Origin: Geminicoccaceae bacterium
GTDB taxonomy: Bacteria; Pseudomonadota; Alphaproteobacteria; Geminicoccales; Geminicoccaceae
Direction: 5' to 3'
Length of the DNA stretch: 64,000 nucleotides
Assembly: GCA_050729115.1 (NCBI GenBank)
Contig: JBOHKK010000001.1
Coordinates: forward strand, 2,947 to 66,946
The position numbers and the translations under genes were made by a program. Numbering within the stretch: position 1 is the first letter of the stretch; each line of letters begins with the position of its first letter. The notes under the pieces were generated by a model. The model was not told the origin of the DNA, did not search any database, and worked only from the letters and a program-made list of their open reading frames with translations. Positions 46,732-57,315 of the stretch are shown here, piece by piece.

Positions 46732-47625
46732 ATGACGGCCGCTCCCAAGACGGCATTGCGATCGTTCCGTGATCGCCTACCCTGCGTGGGCGCGCTCGTG
46801 CTGGCGGTTGGCCTGGTCGCTGTCCATGGCATCGCGAGCGCTCGCAATGGGAACGAACCACGCGGCGCGGTCGTCGCGCTGGCTTACGAAGCGGGGTCAG
46901 ACGCGCTCTTAAAGGCGTACCCGAGAGCGCTCTATCGGAGCAGCGACAGCGGGCGGGGCTGGACGCCGGTTCCGTTGCCGTCCTCGGTTGAGGACGGAAG
47001 CATTGCGGCGGTGGCGACCCCCGCCGAGGGCCAGGGCGTACTGTACGTCGCGGGCCCGGGCCTGGGTGTGCTCCGTAGCGAAGACAACGGCGGCAGCTGG
47101 ATTGCGCAAAACGATGGGCTGCCCAGCCGCGATGTGGTCGCATTCGCCACCCACGCCGATCAACCGGACACCCTCTACGCCCTCATTGCGGACAGCGGCA
47201 TCTACCGGAGCCAGGACGCCGGCAAGAGCTGGCGGCTGATGGATCGGGGGCCGCAAGGCACCCGGCAGCTCATGCACTCGGACATGGAGGGCAGCATGGA
47301 GACCGGCTGGCTCTACGCCGCCACGGCGCAGGGGGTGCGCGTCTCCATGGACTGCTTCTGCCTCTGGCGCGACGCCGGCGAGCTCACCGGCGGGGTCCAC
47401 AGCGTCGTCTACGACCCTCAGCAGCCGGAGCACCTCTACGCGGCGGCCGAGCAGGGGCTCTTCCGCAGCACCAACGGCGGTCAGGAGTGGGAGGCCACGT
47501 CGCCGGGGCCGGACGTGACGGCGCTCGCCCTCACGCCTTCGGGTGTGCTGTACGCCGCCACGGGTGATGGGGCGCTGTTTCGGAGCGTGGATCGGGCCGA
47601 CACCTGGGAGCGCATCGGTGCATAA
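46732..47625 (+). CDS. exported BNR/Asp-box (Ycf48-like beta-propeller) repeat protein
   Basis: Repeated S-x-D-x-G-x-(S/T)-W motifs: SSDSGRGW, SEDNGGSW, SQDAGKSW, STNGGQEW, SVDRADTW. Confidence 0.75.
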   Translation: MTAAPKTALRSFRDRLPCVGALVLAVGLVAVHGIASARNGNEPRGAVVALAYEAGSDALLKAYPRALYRSSDSGRGWTPVPLPSSVEDGSIAAVATPAEGQGVLYVAGPGLGVLRSEDNGGSWIAQNDGLPSRDVVAFATHADQPDTLYALIADSGIYRSQDAGKSWRLMDRGPQGTRQLMHSDMEGSMETGWLYAATAQGVRVSMDCFCLWRDAGELTGGVHSVVYDPQQPEHLYAAAEQGLFRSTNGGQEWEATSPGPDVTALALTPSGVLYAATGDGALFRSVDRADTWERIGA

Positions 47626-48109
47626 CGTGCTCCTCGCCGGGATGATGGGGCTGGCCGCCCCTGTCGCGGTGGCGGGCGCAGCCCAGGACGCCCCGCCAGC
47701 GCTGGATCCCGAACACGTCGGAACGGGCCGCGCCATCTACCGCGAGTACTGCGCCTCCTGCCATGGCCTGGAGGGCGAGGGCGCCTCCGACTGGCAGGAG
47801 CCGGACGAACAAGGCGAGCTTCCCGCGCCGCCCCACGGTCCCCAAGGCCACACTTGGAGACACGCCGACGCAGCACTCTATCGGATGGTCAGCCAGGGTT
47901 GGCGGGATCCGTTCAACAAGACCAAGCGACTGACCATGCCCGGGTTCGAGGACGTGCTTTCCTCAGAGGAGATCCGGGCAGTAATCACCTACTTGAAGAC
48001 GCTCTGGACGCCCGAGCAGCGACGCTTCCAGCGGGAAGAGAGCCGCGACAGGCCCTTTCCGTCCGATGCGCGGGAGCCTGTGTCTGTCAGCCCACCCAGA
48101 AGTGATTGA
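47618..48109 (+). CDS. c-type cytochrome (mono-haem)
   Basis: The GTG at 47618 overlaps the preceding stop. Signal peptide, then haem site CASCHG and MPGF as the distal Met region. Confidence 0.8.
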   Translation: MHNVLLAGMMGLAAPVAVAGAAQDAPPALDPEHVGTGRAIYREYCASCHGLEGEGASDWQEPDEQGELPAPPHGPQGHTWRHADAALYRMVSQGWRDPFNKTKRLTMPGFEDVLSSEEIRAVITYLKTLWTPEQRRFQREESRDRPFPSDAREPVSVSPPRSD

Positions 48110-48114
48110 GGACC

Positions 48115-48552
48115 ATGATGCGAGCTTTCGTCACTTTGCTTTTCGCAGCGATCGTTCTCGGCACCGGGGCAGCGAGCGCCACAGCCGCCAGCCCGGCCAC
48201 CATGTACAAGAACCCGCAATGCGGCTGCTGCGAGGAGTACGCCAAGTACCTCGAGCGCAACGGCTTCGAGATCACGATCGAGCCTACGGTCGACCTCGCG
48301 ACGATCAAGAAGATGGCTCGCGTGCCCTCGAAGCTCGAGGCGTGCCACACGCTGGCGATCGACGGCTACGTGGTCGAGGGCCACGTGCCGGTCGACACGC
48401 TCAACCGCCTGCTGACTGAAAAGCCGAAGATCAGAGGCATCGCGTTGCCCGGCATGCCGATGGGCTCGCCCGGCATGACGGGGAGCAAGGCAGGACAGTT
48501 CACCGTCTACGAGATCTCCGACGGCGTACCCGAGGTGTACGCCGTCGAGTGA
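48115..48552 (+). CDS. copG: DUF411 / CopG-family periplasmic metal-binding protein
   Basis: ATG at 48115 with a GAGGA RBS. Signal peptide, then NPQCGCCEEYAKYL (CxCC) and MPMGSPGM motifs typical of CopG/DUF411. Confidence 0.85.
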   Translation: MMRAFVTLLFAAIVLGTGAASATAASPATMYKNPQCGCCEEYAKYLERNGFEITIEPTVDLATIKKMARVPSKLEACHTLAIDGYVVEGHVPVDTLNRLLTEKPKIRGIALPGMPMGSPGMTGSKAGQFTVYEISDGVPEVYAVE

Positions 48553-48596
48553 GGAGCGGCTTGAACGAGCTGAAGGTGCGGGAACAGGAGGGTGAG

Positions 48597-49289
48597 ATGC
48601 TCCAGCGACGACTGTTCGCTGCGCTCGTAACGGCGGTGCTCGTGGCGGCTGCCAGCCCGTCGGCCCTGGCGCATTCTGTCGACGATCTCGAGCAGCAGCT
48701 CTGGGACCGAGAGAAGTATTTCCAGCCGATCGACAAGGAGGCGCCCGAATTCACGCTCGAAGACGCCGACGGGCGGGCCTTCAGCCTCGACTCCCTGCGG
48801 GGCAAGGTCGTCGTCCTGCACTTCATCTACGCGAGCTGCCCGGATGCCTGTCCTTTGCACGCCGACCTGATCGCCAGGGTCCAGGAGATGGTCAACCAGA
48901 CCCCGACGCGCGAGCAGGTGCAGTTCTTCAGCATCACCACGGATCCCGAGAACGACACGCCCGATATCCTGCGCGACTATGGTCCAGCGCACGGACTTGA
49001 TCCGTCCAATTGGGTGTTCCTCACGAGCGGCCCCGACCGGCCCGAAGATACGACCCGCAAGCTCGCCGAGAGCTTCGGCCACAAGTTCACCAAGGCCGAG
49101 GACGGCTACCAAGTCCACTCGGTCGTCACCCATGTCATCGGCCCTGACGGGCGCTGGCGGGCGAACTTCCACGGCCTCGAGTTCGAGCCGACGAACCTCG
49201 TCACCTACATCAACGCTCTCGCCAATGCGCACGGCAGCGAAGGGCATCCGGAGCAGAGCTGGTGGGGCAGGATCGTCAACCTGTTCTGA
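48597..49289 (+). CDS. SCO1/SenC family copper chaperone
   Basis: ATG at 48597 with an AGGAGGG RBS. LRGKVVVLHFIYASCPDACPLH carries the CxxxC motif, and the conserved His region is HSVVTHVIGPDG. Confidence 0.88.
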   Translation: MLQRRLFAALVTAVLVAAASPSALAHSVDDLEQQLWDREKYFQPIDKEAPEFTLEDADGRAFSLDSLRGKVVVLHFIYASCPDACPLHADLIARVQEMVNQTPTREQVQFFSITTDPENDTPDILRDYGPAHGLDPSNWVFLTSGPDRPEDTTRKLAESFGHKFTKAEDGYQVHSVVTHVIGPDGRWRANFHGLEFEPTNLVTYINALANAHGSEGHPEQSWWGRIVNLF

Positions 49290-49291
49290 GC

Positions 49292-49942
49292 ATGGTGAAC
49301 GTGCACCAAGCTGCGGCAGTGCCGGGCGGGCCGGGCCGAGCGCTCGGAACAGCCGGGCGGCGCCGGAAGAATGCGGTGGTCGTCGCCGTGCTGCTCGGCA
49401 TCCTCGCGGGAATGGGCACGCTGGTCTATTTCGCGGTGCCGCTCTATCAGCTCTTCTGCCAGGTCACGGGATTCGGCGGCACGACGCGCGTTGCAACCGC
49501 CGCGCCCGAGGCTGCCGGCGCCGCGGCGATCACGGTGCGTTTCGACGCCAACGTGGCGCCGGACCTGCCCTGGAAATTCGTCGCCCCCAAGCCGGTCACG
49601 CTCCCGCTTGGGGAGGAGCGCCTGGTGGCGTTCGAGGCCACCAACCTCGGTGACGAACCCGTCCTCGGGACGGCGACGTTCAACGTGACGCCTTTCAAGA
49701 CCGGCGAGTACTTCAACAAGATCGAGTGCTTCTGCTTCACCGAGCAGCTCCTGATGCCCGGCGAGAGCAAGGAGTTTCCCGTGACCTTCTTTGTCGACCC
49801 GGCGATCGTCGATGACGCCAGTGCCGCCGAGGTGTCGGCGATCACGCTCTCTTACACCTTCTTCAACAAGGGCGAAGCTGCGCGCGATGAATATCTCCGA
49901 ACTCATCAGGTCGAAACCGCCGCTTCGAAGAGGGCTGAGTGA
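49292..49942 (+). CDS. ctaG: cytochrome c oxidase assembly protein CtaG/Cox11
   Basis: TM anchor plus LYQLFCQVTGFGG and FNKIECFCFTEQ (CFCF Cu site). Confidence 0.9.
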   Translation: MVNVHQAAAVPGGPGRALGTAGRRRKNAVVVAVLLGILAGMGTLVYFAVPLYQLFCQVTGFGGTTRVATAAPEAAGAAAITVRFDANVAPDLPWKFVAPKPVTLPLGEERLVAFEATNLGDEPVLGTATFNVTPFKTGEYFNKIECFCFTEQLLMPGESKEFPVTFFVDPAIVDDASAAEVSAITLSYTFFNKGEAARDEYLRTHQVETAASKRAE

Positions 49943-50094
49943 TGGGACCTCTCGGACGGCTGCGGCGGCGACAGCCATGTCCACTGACCTGAGCTGGATC
50001 GGCACCCACCCGGGCCAGTGCCGCTGGGCGAGGCCTGCAGGCAAAGTCTTAAGTCTCGTGTGCCCGGGAGGCGCAGTGATGCGGGAGATCAGCC

Positions 50095-50652
50095 ATGGCG
50101 AAGGAGATCGCTAACTCGCTGGGCCCGCTGCCGGAAAGCGGCAAGACCCGGCGCGATTTTCTCTACCTCACGACAGGTACCACCGCGGCCGTCGGCACCG
50201 CCGCCGCGCTCTGGCCGCTGATCGACACCATGAATCCCTCGGCCGACGTGCTGGCTCTTTCGACCGTCGAAGTCGATCTGGAAGGCGTCGAGCCTGGTCA
50301 GCGGATCACCGTCCAGTGGCGCAGCAAGCCGCTGTTCATCGTTCGCCGGATGCCCGAGCAGATAGCAGAGGCTCGCGCCGACGATTCAGCGGATCTGATC
50401 GATCCGGAGCCGGACAGCGCACGCGTCCAGCGCGCTGAATGGCTGATCATGGTGGGAGTGTGCACCCACCTCGGCTGCATCCCGCTGGGCCAGCGGGAGG
50501 GGGATCCGGTCGGGCGGTACGGCGGCTGGTTCTGCCCCTGCCATGGGTCGCTCTACGACATCTCTGGCCGCGTGCGTCGTGGGCCGGCGCCGCGCAACCT
50601 CGACGTGCCCGAATACACCTTTCTCGACGATACGCAGGTGCGAGTTGGCTAG
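50095..50652 (+). CDS. petA: Rieske 2Fe-2S protein of the cytochrome bc1 PetA type, orphan
   Basis: Tat-like [16 protein letters not shown]. Rieske boxes CTHLGC and CPCHGS. No petB/petC genes follow. Confidence 0.85.
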   Translation: MAKEIANSLGPLPESGKTRRDFLYLTTGTTAAVGTAAALWPLIDTMNPSADVLALSTVEVDLEGVEPGQRITVQWRSKPLFIVRRMPEQIAEARADDSADLIDPEPDSARVQRAEWLIMVGVCTHLGCIPLGQREGDPVGRYGGWFCPCHGSLYDISGRVRRGPAPRNLDVPEYTFLDDTQVRVG

Positions 50653-50965
50653 CGTCGCAGGAGGGTTAGCGCAGAGGATTGGTAGAGCGACGAACGATCT
50701 CTTGCACAGGCTCGGGGTGGATGCGGACCGCGGTTGCGGCCTTTGTGGGTGGTTTTCGCTACTGCGGTCCGGGGCGCACGGGGCCGAGGCACCTATGAGG
50801 CAAAGGCGCTCCAACGCTCGAATGGACCCTTCCCTGGCCACCGCCCTTCCACACGTTCGAGGAACTACCGCAGGTCAACTAGGGATGCGCTGGCAGTCCA
50901 GACGACCGTGATGGTCTCCGTCCGCCGTCAGGACGGCGCGCAGCAGTGAGCGAGGAAATCAAGCC

Positions 50966-51418
50966 ATGAACATCGGAACCGTCGCCGAGAGGTCCGGGGT
51001 GCCCCCCAAGACGATCCGCTATTACGAGAGCATCGGGCTCATCCCTTCGGCGGATCGACGACCGAACGGCTACCGGACCTACAGCGTGGTCGACATGCAC
51101 ACGCTCAACTTCATCAAACGGGCCCGCAGCCTCGGATTTTCCGTCGACGAGGTGCGCGATCTCCTCGAGCTCTGGCGTGACAAAAGGCGGACGAGCGCGG
51201 CGGTCAAGGCTTTGGCCACGCGGCACCTGGGCGAGCTCGACCGCAAGATCGCGGAGATCCAGACTATGCGCAGAGCGCTTGGCGACCTCGTCGCGCGCTG
51301 CCGCGGCGATCAGCGCCCCGACTGCCCGATCCTGGATGACTTCAGCCACAATCGAAACGGCTTGGTAGGACTCGATGCCGCGAGCAATTTGCGTGAGCGA
51401 CGAGCCTCAGGCAGCTAG
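50966..51418 (+). CDS. cueR: second CueR/HmrR-type Cu(I)-responsive MerR-family regulator
   Basis: MNIGTVAERSGVPPKTIRYYESIGLI. Metal loop CRGDQRPDC (C-8-C). Clearly paralogous to 34967..35446. Confidence 0.85.
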   Translation: MNIGTVAERSGVPPKTIRYYESIGLIPSADRRPNGYRTYSVVDMHTLNFIKRARSLGFSVDEVRDLLELWRDKRRTSAAVKALATRHLGELDRKIAEIQTMRRALGDLVARCRGDQRPDCPILDDFSHNRNGLVGLDAASNLRERRASGS

Positions 51419-51424
51419 CATCTT

Positions 51425-52162
51425 ATGCTCGAGCTATCCAGCATCGGCGTCCTGACCGCGTTCGCGGCAGGGGCGATCTCCTTCATCTCCCCTTGCGTGC
51501 TGCCTTTGGTGCCGGCGTACGTGTCCTACGTCGCTGGCGAGAGCCTGAACGGACCTGAGCACGCGAGCACTACGGCCAAGCTGCCGGCGCTGGCCTTGAG
51601 CCTGTTCTTCGTGCTCGGGTTCAGTACGGTATTCGTGATCCTCGGCGCCAGCGCCACCGCGCTGGGACAGCTGCTGCTCCAGTATCGCTACGAGACGAAC
51701 ATCGGCGGCGGCGTGATCGTCATTGCGTTCGGGCTGTTCATGATGGGGCTGCTCCGCCTGCCCTGGTTTCAGCGTGAGCTGCGGTTTCACACCACGATTC
51801 CCGGCGGACGCCCCCTCGGCGCCTATGTGCTCGGCCTGGCCTTCGCGTTCGGCTGGACGCCATGCATCGGACCGGTCCTGGGCGCGATTCTCACCGTCAG
51901 CGCAGTCTCGACGACCGTCTCGAGCGGCGTGGCTCTGCTGGGCGTTTACTCGCTCGGCCTCGGTCTGCCGTTCCTGGCAGCGGCGGCCTTTACCGGAGGC
52001 TTTCTCGCCCGGATACCGATCATGCGTCGGTTCGGTCGGCCGCTTCAGCTCCTCGCGGGCGGCGTGATGGTGCTGATGGGAATCGCAATGGTCACCGGGT
52101 ATCTCTCCACATTCTCTTATTGGCTCCTCGAGACCTTCCCGGGCTTGGCGACCATCGGATGA
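51425..52162 (+). CDS. ccdA: cytochrome c biogenesis thiol-disulfide transporter CcdA (DsbD TM domain)
   Basis: AGAISFISPCVLPLVPAYVSYV and FGWTPCIGPVLGAIL are the two canonical CcdA Cys helices. Confidence 0.88.
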   Translation: MLELSSIGVLTAFAAGAISFISPCVLPLVPAYVSYVAGESLNGPEHASTTAKLPALALSLFFVLGFSTVFVILGASATALGQLLLQYRYETNIGGGVIVIAFGLFMMGLLRLPWFQRELRFHTTIPGGRPLGAYVLGLAFAFGWTPCIGPVLGAILTVSAVSTTVSSGVALLGVYSLGLGLPFLAAAAFTGGFLARIPIMRRFGRPLQLLAGGVMVLMGIAMVTGYLSTFSYWLLETFPGLATIG

Positions 52163-52226
52163 GAACCGTCAGCGATTCAATCTCAGGTAGGAGCGCGATT
52201 CACGCGCGGATTCGCGTGCGGCCGGG

Positions 52227-52991
52227 ATGACCAAACCCATGGCACTGGACGACGCTCGTCCGAAAGCCAGGAGCACTCGGCGTACCCAGGAGACAAGACC
52301 GCCGGTGGTGCGGCGTCGGGTCCTGTCGGGCGCTCTCGCACTCTTCGTGGTGCTGGCGGTCATCGGCGCGGCCGGGCTGACACTCCTCCTTGTCGAGCGG
52401 ATGGAGGGAGAGATCTCAGTCCAGGCGTTCGAGGATGTGATCCTTTCGTGGGGGCACTGGGGCGTCCTAGCGTCGATCGGTCTGATGGTGCTCCACTCCT
52501 TCGTGCCTTTCCCGGCCGAGTTGGTCGCTCTCGCGAATGGCATGCTCTACGGTCCGTTCTGGGGCACGGTGATCACCTGGGTCGGCGCGATGCTGGGGGC
52601 GTTCCTGGCCTTCGGGCTTTCACGCGCGTTCGGCCGACCTTTCGTCGTGGCCATGGTGGCGCGCCGCGACTGGCGGATGCTCGACGACTGGGCCGGCAAG
52701 CATGCGGCGGAGATGGTTTTCCTCGCCCGCTTCCTCCCTGTCATCTCCTTCAACTTGGTGAACTACGCGGCCGGTCTCACGAGGATCTCGTGGTGGGCCT
52801 TCGGATGGACAACGGGCGTCGGTATCCTGCCCCTAACCATTCTGATGGCGGCGATGGGGGACCAGGTCGGCAAGATGCCGTGGCACTGGTGGCTCGCGCT
52901 CTTCGCGGCTGCCGCGGCGGGCTGCTTCGTCGTCCAGCGGTGGCTCCGGGTCAGAGCCTCGAACAAAGCTTGCACTCGCCGACAGCGTTGA
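52227..52991 (+). CDS. TVP38/TMEM64 (DedA-related, SNARE-associated) family membrane protein
   Basis: FVPFPAELVALANGMLYGPFWG..ITWVGAMLGAFLAFGLSRAFGRP and FLARFLPVISFNLVNYAAGLT motifs. Confidence 0.8.
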   Translation: MTKPMALDDARPKARSTRRTQETRPPVVRRRVLSGALALFVVLAVIGAAGLTLLLVERMEGEISVQAFEDVILSWGHWGVLASIGLMVLHSFVPFPAELVALANGMLYGPFWGTVITWVGAMLGAFLAFGLSRAFGRPFVVAMVARRDWRMLDDWAGKHAAEMVFLARFLPVISFNLVNYAAGLTRISWWAFGWTTGVGILPLTILMAAMGDQVGKMPWHWWLALFAAAAAGCFVVQRWLRVRASNKACTRRQR

Positions 52992-53080
52992 TTCCTGTCT
53001 CGGGAGGTTCAGACCACGCAGTCAGGGCAGGCGGAGAAATCCCGATATGTAAGAACCGGTACGGACACTCGACCCAAAGT

Positions 53081-54091
53081 CTGAGGTGGCCGGAGGTCCG
53101 TCGGGCCCCGAGAGCGGCGATCCGCGTCGCCCTCCTCGCAGCCGTCCTTGCCCTTTCGGCATGCGCGCCGCAGACGCAGCTGAGGGGCCCCGCGATCCAG
53201 CCGCCGGAACTGGCGGATGATCACTTTATCATGGCCGATGGCACGCATTTGCCGGTCCGCCGCTGGATGCCAGAAGGCAACGTAGATGCCGTCGTCGTTG
53301 CGCTGCACGGCTTCACCGACTACCGCAACGCCTTCTCCGATCTCGGCACCTATCTGGCCCGGCGCGGCATCGCCACGTACGCCTATGACCAGCGTGGCTT
53401 CGGAGGCACGGCACGACGCGGCATTTGGCCGGGTACCTCGCTGCTTGTGGAGGACCTGATCCAAGCCACCGAACTGGTGCAGAAGCTTCATCCCAAGGCC
53501 AAACTCTTCGTGCTGGGAGAAAGCATGGGGGCTGCCGTGGTGCTGGTCGCGATGAAGCGTCACGATCTCTCCGATATCAGCGGGGCAGTACTTGTCGCTC
53601 CTGCTGTGTGGGGATGGCGGGTAATGAATCCCGCGCTCGCGGGGCTGCTGCGTCTTCTCGCACACAGCGCGCCACGGCTGCCCATTTCCGCCAGCGAATT
53701 CCGAAAATTGGCCTCCGACAATCAGGCAATGCTGGAGGCGCTCGATCGGGACCCCCTGGTGCTGCAGTCCGTGCGCGTGGATGCCCTATACGGCCTCGTC
53801 ACGCTCATGGACGACGCTCTCGAAAGCGCGACTTCTCTCGGTACTCCGACGCTCGTCCTGTACGGAGCTCGAGAGCGCATCATTCCTCGAGCAGCCAGGG
53901 AAGAATTCATGAGCCGCCTACGAGCCTCGCAGCGGGTGCTGATCTACCCCCAGGGCCACCACACGCTCCTTCGCGACCGCAACGCTGAAGTTGTTCTGCA
54001 TGAGGTGGCAAGCTGGATCGACGAGATTTTCGGTTCTCGGAGCGGCCGGGGTGCAAGTCTGAAGAACGCCGTAGCGACGAGCAGGAGCTAA
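53081..54091 (+). CDS. alpha/beta hydrolase (lysophospholipase / monoacylglycerol lipase-like), probable lipoprotein
   Basis: Lies inside the 547-aa track ORF. Lipobox-like LLAAVLALSAC, HGFTDY, nucleophile elbow GESMG, and C-terminal GHH. The start is uncertain (CTG 53081; the first in-frame ATG at 53231 would remove the signal peptide). Confidence 0.7.
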   Translation: MRWPEVRRAPRAAIRVALLAAVLALSACAPQTQLRGPAIQPPELADDHFIMADGTHLPVRRWMPEGNVDAVVVALHGFTDYRNAFSDLGTYLARRGIATYAYDQRGFGGTARRGIWPGTSLLVEDLIQATELVQKLHPKAKLFVLGESMGAAVVLVAMKRHDLSDISGAVLVAPAVWGWRVMNPALAGLLRLLAHSAPRLPISASEFRKLASDNQAMLEALDRDPLVLQSVRVDALYGLVTLMDDALESATSLGTPTLVLYGARERIIPRAAREEFMSRLRASQRVLIYPQGHHTLLRDRNAEVVLHEVASWIDEIFGSRSGRGASLKNAVATSRS

Positions 54092-54239
54092 GCTACCGCC
54101 CCCGGGGCCGCGCCATTCCCATCAGGGCGAGGTTGCCTTGCGCGGCGCCGATCACGGGGAGGCCCGCCCAGGATGATCGCGAGTGCCCAGCGCGAGATCG
54201 GGGCGAGTAGCCGCTTGCAACGCTCGTTTCCCGCCGGCC

Positions 54240-54270
54240 TTGACCTTCCATCGACTGGAAACCCTATATG
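54240..54270 (+). promoter_or_regulatory. MerR/CueR-type promoter upstream of copA (19-bp spacer, imperfect dyad)
   Basis: TTGACC - ttccatcgactggaaaccc (19 nt) - TATATG. The left half-site CCTTCC is intact and the right half reads GGAAAC. Confidence 0.55.
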
Positions 54271-54443
54271 CATCGTAGCCGCTAGGCTAGGCCGGCGACG
54301 ACCTTCTTCCGGAGAGTTTCGCGCCCGCCTCGAGGAGGCGGCCCCAGGCCATCACCCGGGCGGGTACACCGGCGAAGAAGAGCTTCTCCGCATGGACCAG
54401 CAACCGAGCGCGAGTGGCTCTGGCAAAGCGTCGAGGGAAGTGG

Positions 54444-56912
54444 ATGAACGAGACCACCGGCGTCACGCGCGAGCGCGTAAAGGATCCCGTCTGCGGCATG
54501 GAGGTCGATCCGGCAACGACCGAGCACCGCGCCGAGCACGAAGGGGTCTCCTACCACTTCTGCTGCCGGCGCTGCGCCGAGGCCTTCCGAAAAGATCCTC
54601 AGGGCGCGCTGGGGAAGATGGTTACGGGCGGTAACGCCCACGCCGATCAAGGCGCCGGTCAGCGGCGGCCAGCCGCAAGCGCCGGCAAGTACATCTGTCC
54701 GATGTGCCCGGGCGTCGAGAGCGAGGAACCTGCCGCCTGCCCGAAGTGCGGGATGGCACTCGAACCCGCAGCTCCCGCCCTTGGCGGCACAAAGGTTCAG
54801 TACACCTGCCCGATGCACCCCGAGGTTGTTCGGGACGAGCCCGGAGAATGCCCGAAGTGCGGCATGGCCCTCGAGCCGATGACGATCTCTGCCGAGACGG
54901 AGAACCCCGAGCTCACCGACATGACGCGACGGTTCTGGGTTGGTGCCGTCCTGACGGTGCCGATCCTGGTTCTCGCGATGGGCAGTTACATTCCAGGGCT
55001 GGGGCCGCTCCTCGAGCAGCTCGTCCCGCATGACGTCTCCAGATGGCTGGAGCTCCTCCTTGCGACCCCTGTCGTGCTTTGGGCCGGCTGGCCGTTCTTC
55101 CAGCGGGGCTGGAAGTCGGTGGTCACCTGGAACCTCAACATGTTCACGCTGATCGCGATCGGCGTCGGTGCGGCCTACGCCTACAGCGTCGTCGCGACGC
55201 TGGCCCCGGGCATCTTCCCGGCGGCTTCTCGCTACGCGTCGGGCACGATCGGTGTCTACTTCGAAGTGGCGGCCGTCATCGTCGTGCTGGTGCTGTTGGG
55301 ACAGGTTCTGGAATTGCGGGCGCGGGAAAGGACGGGTGGTGCTTTGCGCGCGCTGCTCGACCTCGCGCCCCAGACCGCCCGGCGTCTCAAGGACGACGGC
55401 GACGAGGAGGAGATCGCGCTCGCACAGGTCCACGAGGGCGACCGCCTGCGCGTGCGCCCGGGCGACAAGGTGCCGGTCGATGGCGAGGTGCTGGACGGGC
55501 GCAGCGCCGTCGACGAATCCATGGTGACCGGCGAGCCCATCCCCGTCGAGAAGACCGCGGGCGACAAGGTCATCGGAGGCACGGTGAACGGCACCGGCGG
55601 CTTCGTGATGCGAGCCGAGCGCGTCGGCAGCGAGACCATGCTCGCGCAGATCGTGCAGATGGTGGCGGAAGCGCAGCGCTCGCGGGCGCCGATCCAGCGG
55701 CTTGCCGACGTCGTGGCCGGCTACTTCGTGCCGGCGGTCGTGGCGGTGGCCGTGCTGGCCTTCATCGCGTGGGCGATCTGGGGGCCGACCCCTGCGATGG
55801 CGCATGCGCTCGTGGCCGCGGTCGCGGTCCTGATCATCGCGTGTCCCTGCGCGCTCGGCCTGGCGACGCCGATGTCGATCCAGGTCGGCGTCGGCCGTGG
55901 CGCGCAGGCGGGCGTGCTGATCAAGAGCGCCGAGGCGCTCGAGCGGCTGGAGAAGGTCGATACGCTGGTGGTCGACAAGACCGGCACGCTCACGGAAGGC
56001 AAGCCGCGCGTCGTTACCGTCGACGCCGGCGACGGCATCGGCCAGGACCGACTTCTGCGGCTTGCGGCCAGCCTCGAGCGTTCCAGCGAGCATCCGCTCG
56101 CCGCCGCGATCGTCGAGGCTGCCAGGGAGCGGGGGGTCAGGCTGGCCGAGACCCGCGATTTCGACGCACCGACCGGGAAGGGCGTCGTGGGCATGGTCGA
56201 GGACCATCGCGTCGCTCTCGGCAATGCTCGCCTGATGGACGATCTGCGCCTGGAGGCCGGCCGGTTCGCCGCACGGGCGGAGGAGTTGCGCCGGGATGGC
56301 CAGACGGTGATGTTCGTCGCGCTCGACGACGCGGTGGCCGGCCTGATCGGCGTGGCGGACCCGATCAAGACGACGACTCCGAAGGCGATCCGGGATCTCC
56401 GGGCGGACGGCTTGCGGATCGTCATGCTGACCGGCGACAACCGGACGACGGCCGAGGCGGTCGCCCGCAAGCTCGACATCGACGACATCGAGGCCGAGGT
56501 CTTGCCGCAGGAGAAAGGCGAGGTCGTCAAGAAGCACAAGTCCGAAGGTCGCATCGTCGCCATGGCCGGGGACGGCGTCAACGACGCCCCCGCGCTCGCC
56601 GAGGCCGACGTCGGCATCGCCATGGGCACCGGCACCGACGTCGCGATCCAGAGCGCCGGCGTCACCCTGATCAAAGGCGACCTCGCGGGCATCGTGCGCG
56701 CGCGACATCTGAGCCGGACGGTGATGCGCAACATCCGGCAGAACCTGTTTCTCGCCTTCGTCTACAACTCGCTCGGCGTGCCGGTGGCGGCGGGCGTGCT
56801 CTATCCGGTCTTCGGGCTGCTGCTGAGCCCTATCATCGCCGCCGCGGCCATGAGCCTGAGCTCGCTCTCCGTCGTCAGCAATGCGCTGCGTCTGCGAGCG
56901 GCGCGCATCTAA
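54444..56912 (+). CDS. copA: Cu(I)/Ag(I)-translocating P1B-1 ATPase (CopA/SilP-like) with YHS/TRASH-like and CxxC...[11 protein letters not shown]-terminal modules
   Basis: N-terminal DPVCGMEVD...YHFCCRRC, then two copies of C-P-M-x-P...[10 protein letters not shown]. Also [37 protein letters not shown]7 YN (FVYNSLGVP) and TM8 MSLSS. ATG at 54444 (GGGAAG RBS); the track start at 54414 is a GTG. Confidence 0.92.
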   Translation: MNETTGVTRERVKDPVCGMEVDPATTEHRAEHEGVSYHFCCRRCAEAFRKDPQGALGKMVTGGNAHADQGAGQRRPAASAGKYICPMCPGVESEEPAACPKCGMALEPAAPALGGTKVQYTCPMHPEVVRDEPGECPKCGMALEPMTISAETENPELTDMTRRFWVGAVLTVPILVLAMGSYIPGLGPLLEQLVPHDVSRWLELLLATPVVLWAGWPFFQRGWKSVVTWNLNMFTLIAIGVGAAYAYSVVATLAPGIFPAASRYASGTIGVYFEVAAVIVVLVLLGQVLELRARERTGGALRALLDLAPQTARRLKDDGDEEEIALAQVHEGDRLRVRPGDKVPVDGEVLDGRSAVDESMVTGEPIPVEKTAGDKVIGGTVNGTGGFVMRAERVGSETMLAQIVQMVAEAQRSRAPIQRLADVVAGYFVPAVVAVAVLAFIAWAIWGPTPAMAHALVAAVAVLIIACPCALGLATPMSIQVGVGRGAQAGVLIKSAEALERLEKVDTLVVDKTGTLTEGKPRVVTVDAGDGIGQDRLLRLAASLERSSEHPLAAAIVEAARERGVRLAETRDFDAPTGKGVVGMVEDHRVALGNARLMDDLRLEAGRFAARAEELRRDGQTVMFVALDDAVAGLIGVADPIKTTTPKAIRDLRADGLRIVMLTGDNRTTAEAVARKLDIDDIEAEVLPQEKGEVVKKHKSEGRIVAMAGDGVNDAPALAEADVGIAMGTGTDVAIQSAGVTLIKGDLAGIVRARHLSRTVMRNIRQNLFLAFVYNSLGVPVAAGVLYPVFGLLLSPIIAAAAMSLSSLSVVSNALRLRAARI

Positions 56913-56957
56913 CCTGGCTCGGACGATCAGGGGCAAGCCCGCGGAGGGAAGACCGAG

Positions 56958-57269
56958 ATGAAAAAAATCACGTTCATCTTGTTATCCGCATCGTTCGCTT
57001 ACGCTGCAGCTGCGGGATCCCTCCCGGATGTTGAGAGGCCCGATTTCTCCGTCAGCAGCGAGGTGATTACGAGCCTGGATTCGATGATCGGCCGCCTCCA
57101 GGCCGCGGCAGAGGATGGCCCGTCCTCCTGGCAGGTGGGCCGTGCGCTCGGCAACTGCAAAGAGGTTCGGCGCACTGTCGCGCAGTGGCCGGGCGTCGGC
57201 GCCTACGATGCGCGTGGCGCCGAACGACTCTGGCAGGAATGCAGAAGCACCTATGACGCGGTGCGCTGA
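56958..57269 (+). CDS. hypothetical small secreted protein
   Basis: 103 aa with a GGAGGGAAG RBS. Signal peptide MKKITFILLSASFAYAAAA. Two Cys. The 5' end is AT-richer than its surroundings. Confidence 0.55.
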   Translation: MKKITFILLSASFAYAAAAGSLPDVERPDFSVSSEVITSLDSMIGRLQAAAEDGPSSWQVGRALGNCKEVRRTVAQWPGVGAYDARGAERLWQECRSTYDAVR

Positions 57270-57315
57270 GACATTGCGACATCGGACCCACGCCTGATCG
57301 AGCGAAAGCAAGCCC

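Noticed and set aside
50660-50745. tRNA-like stretch (ttagcgcagaggattggtagagcg resembles a D-arm)
   Set aside because: I could not fold an acceptor stem, anticodon arm or T-arm (there is no GGTTCGAATCC-like sequence). It is probably chance, or at most a tiny tRNA remnant.
54282-56936. 884-aa minus-strand ORF and 663-aa plus-strand alternative frame (55043..57034) over copA
   Set aside because: Shadow ORFs of the copA gene, with no recognisable domains.
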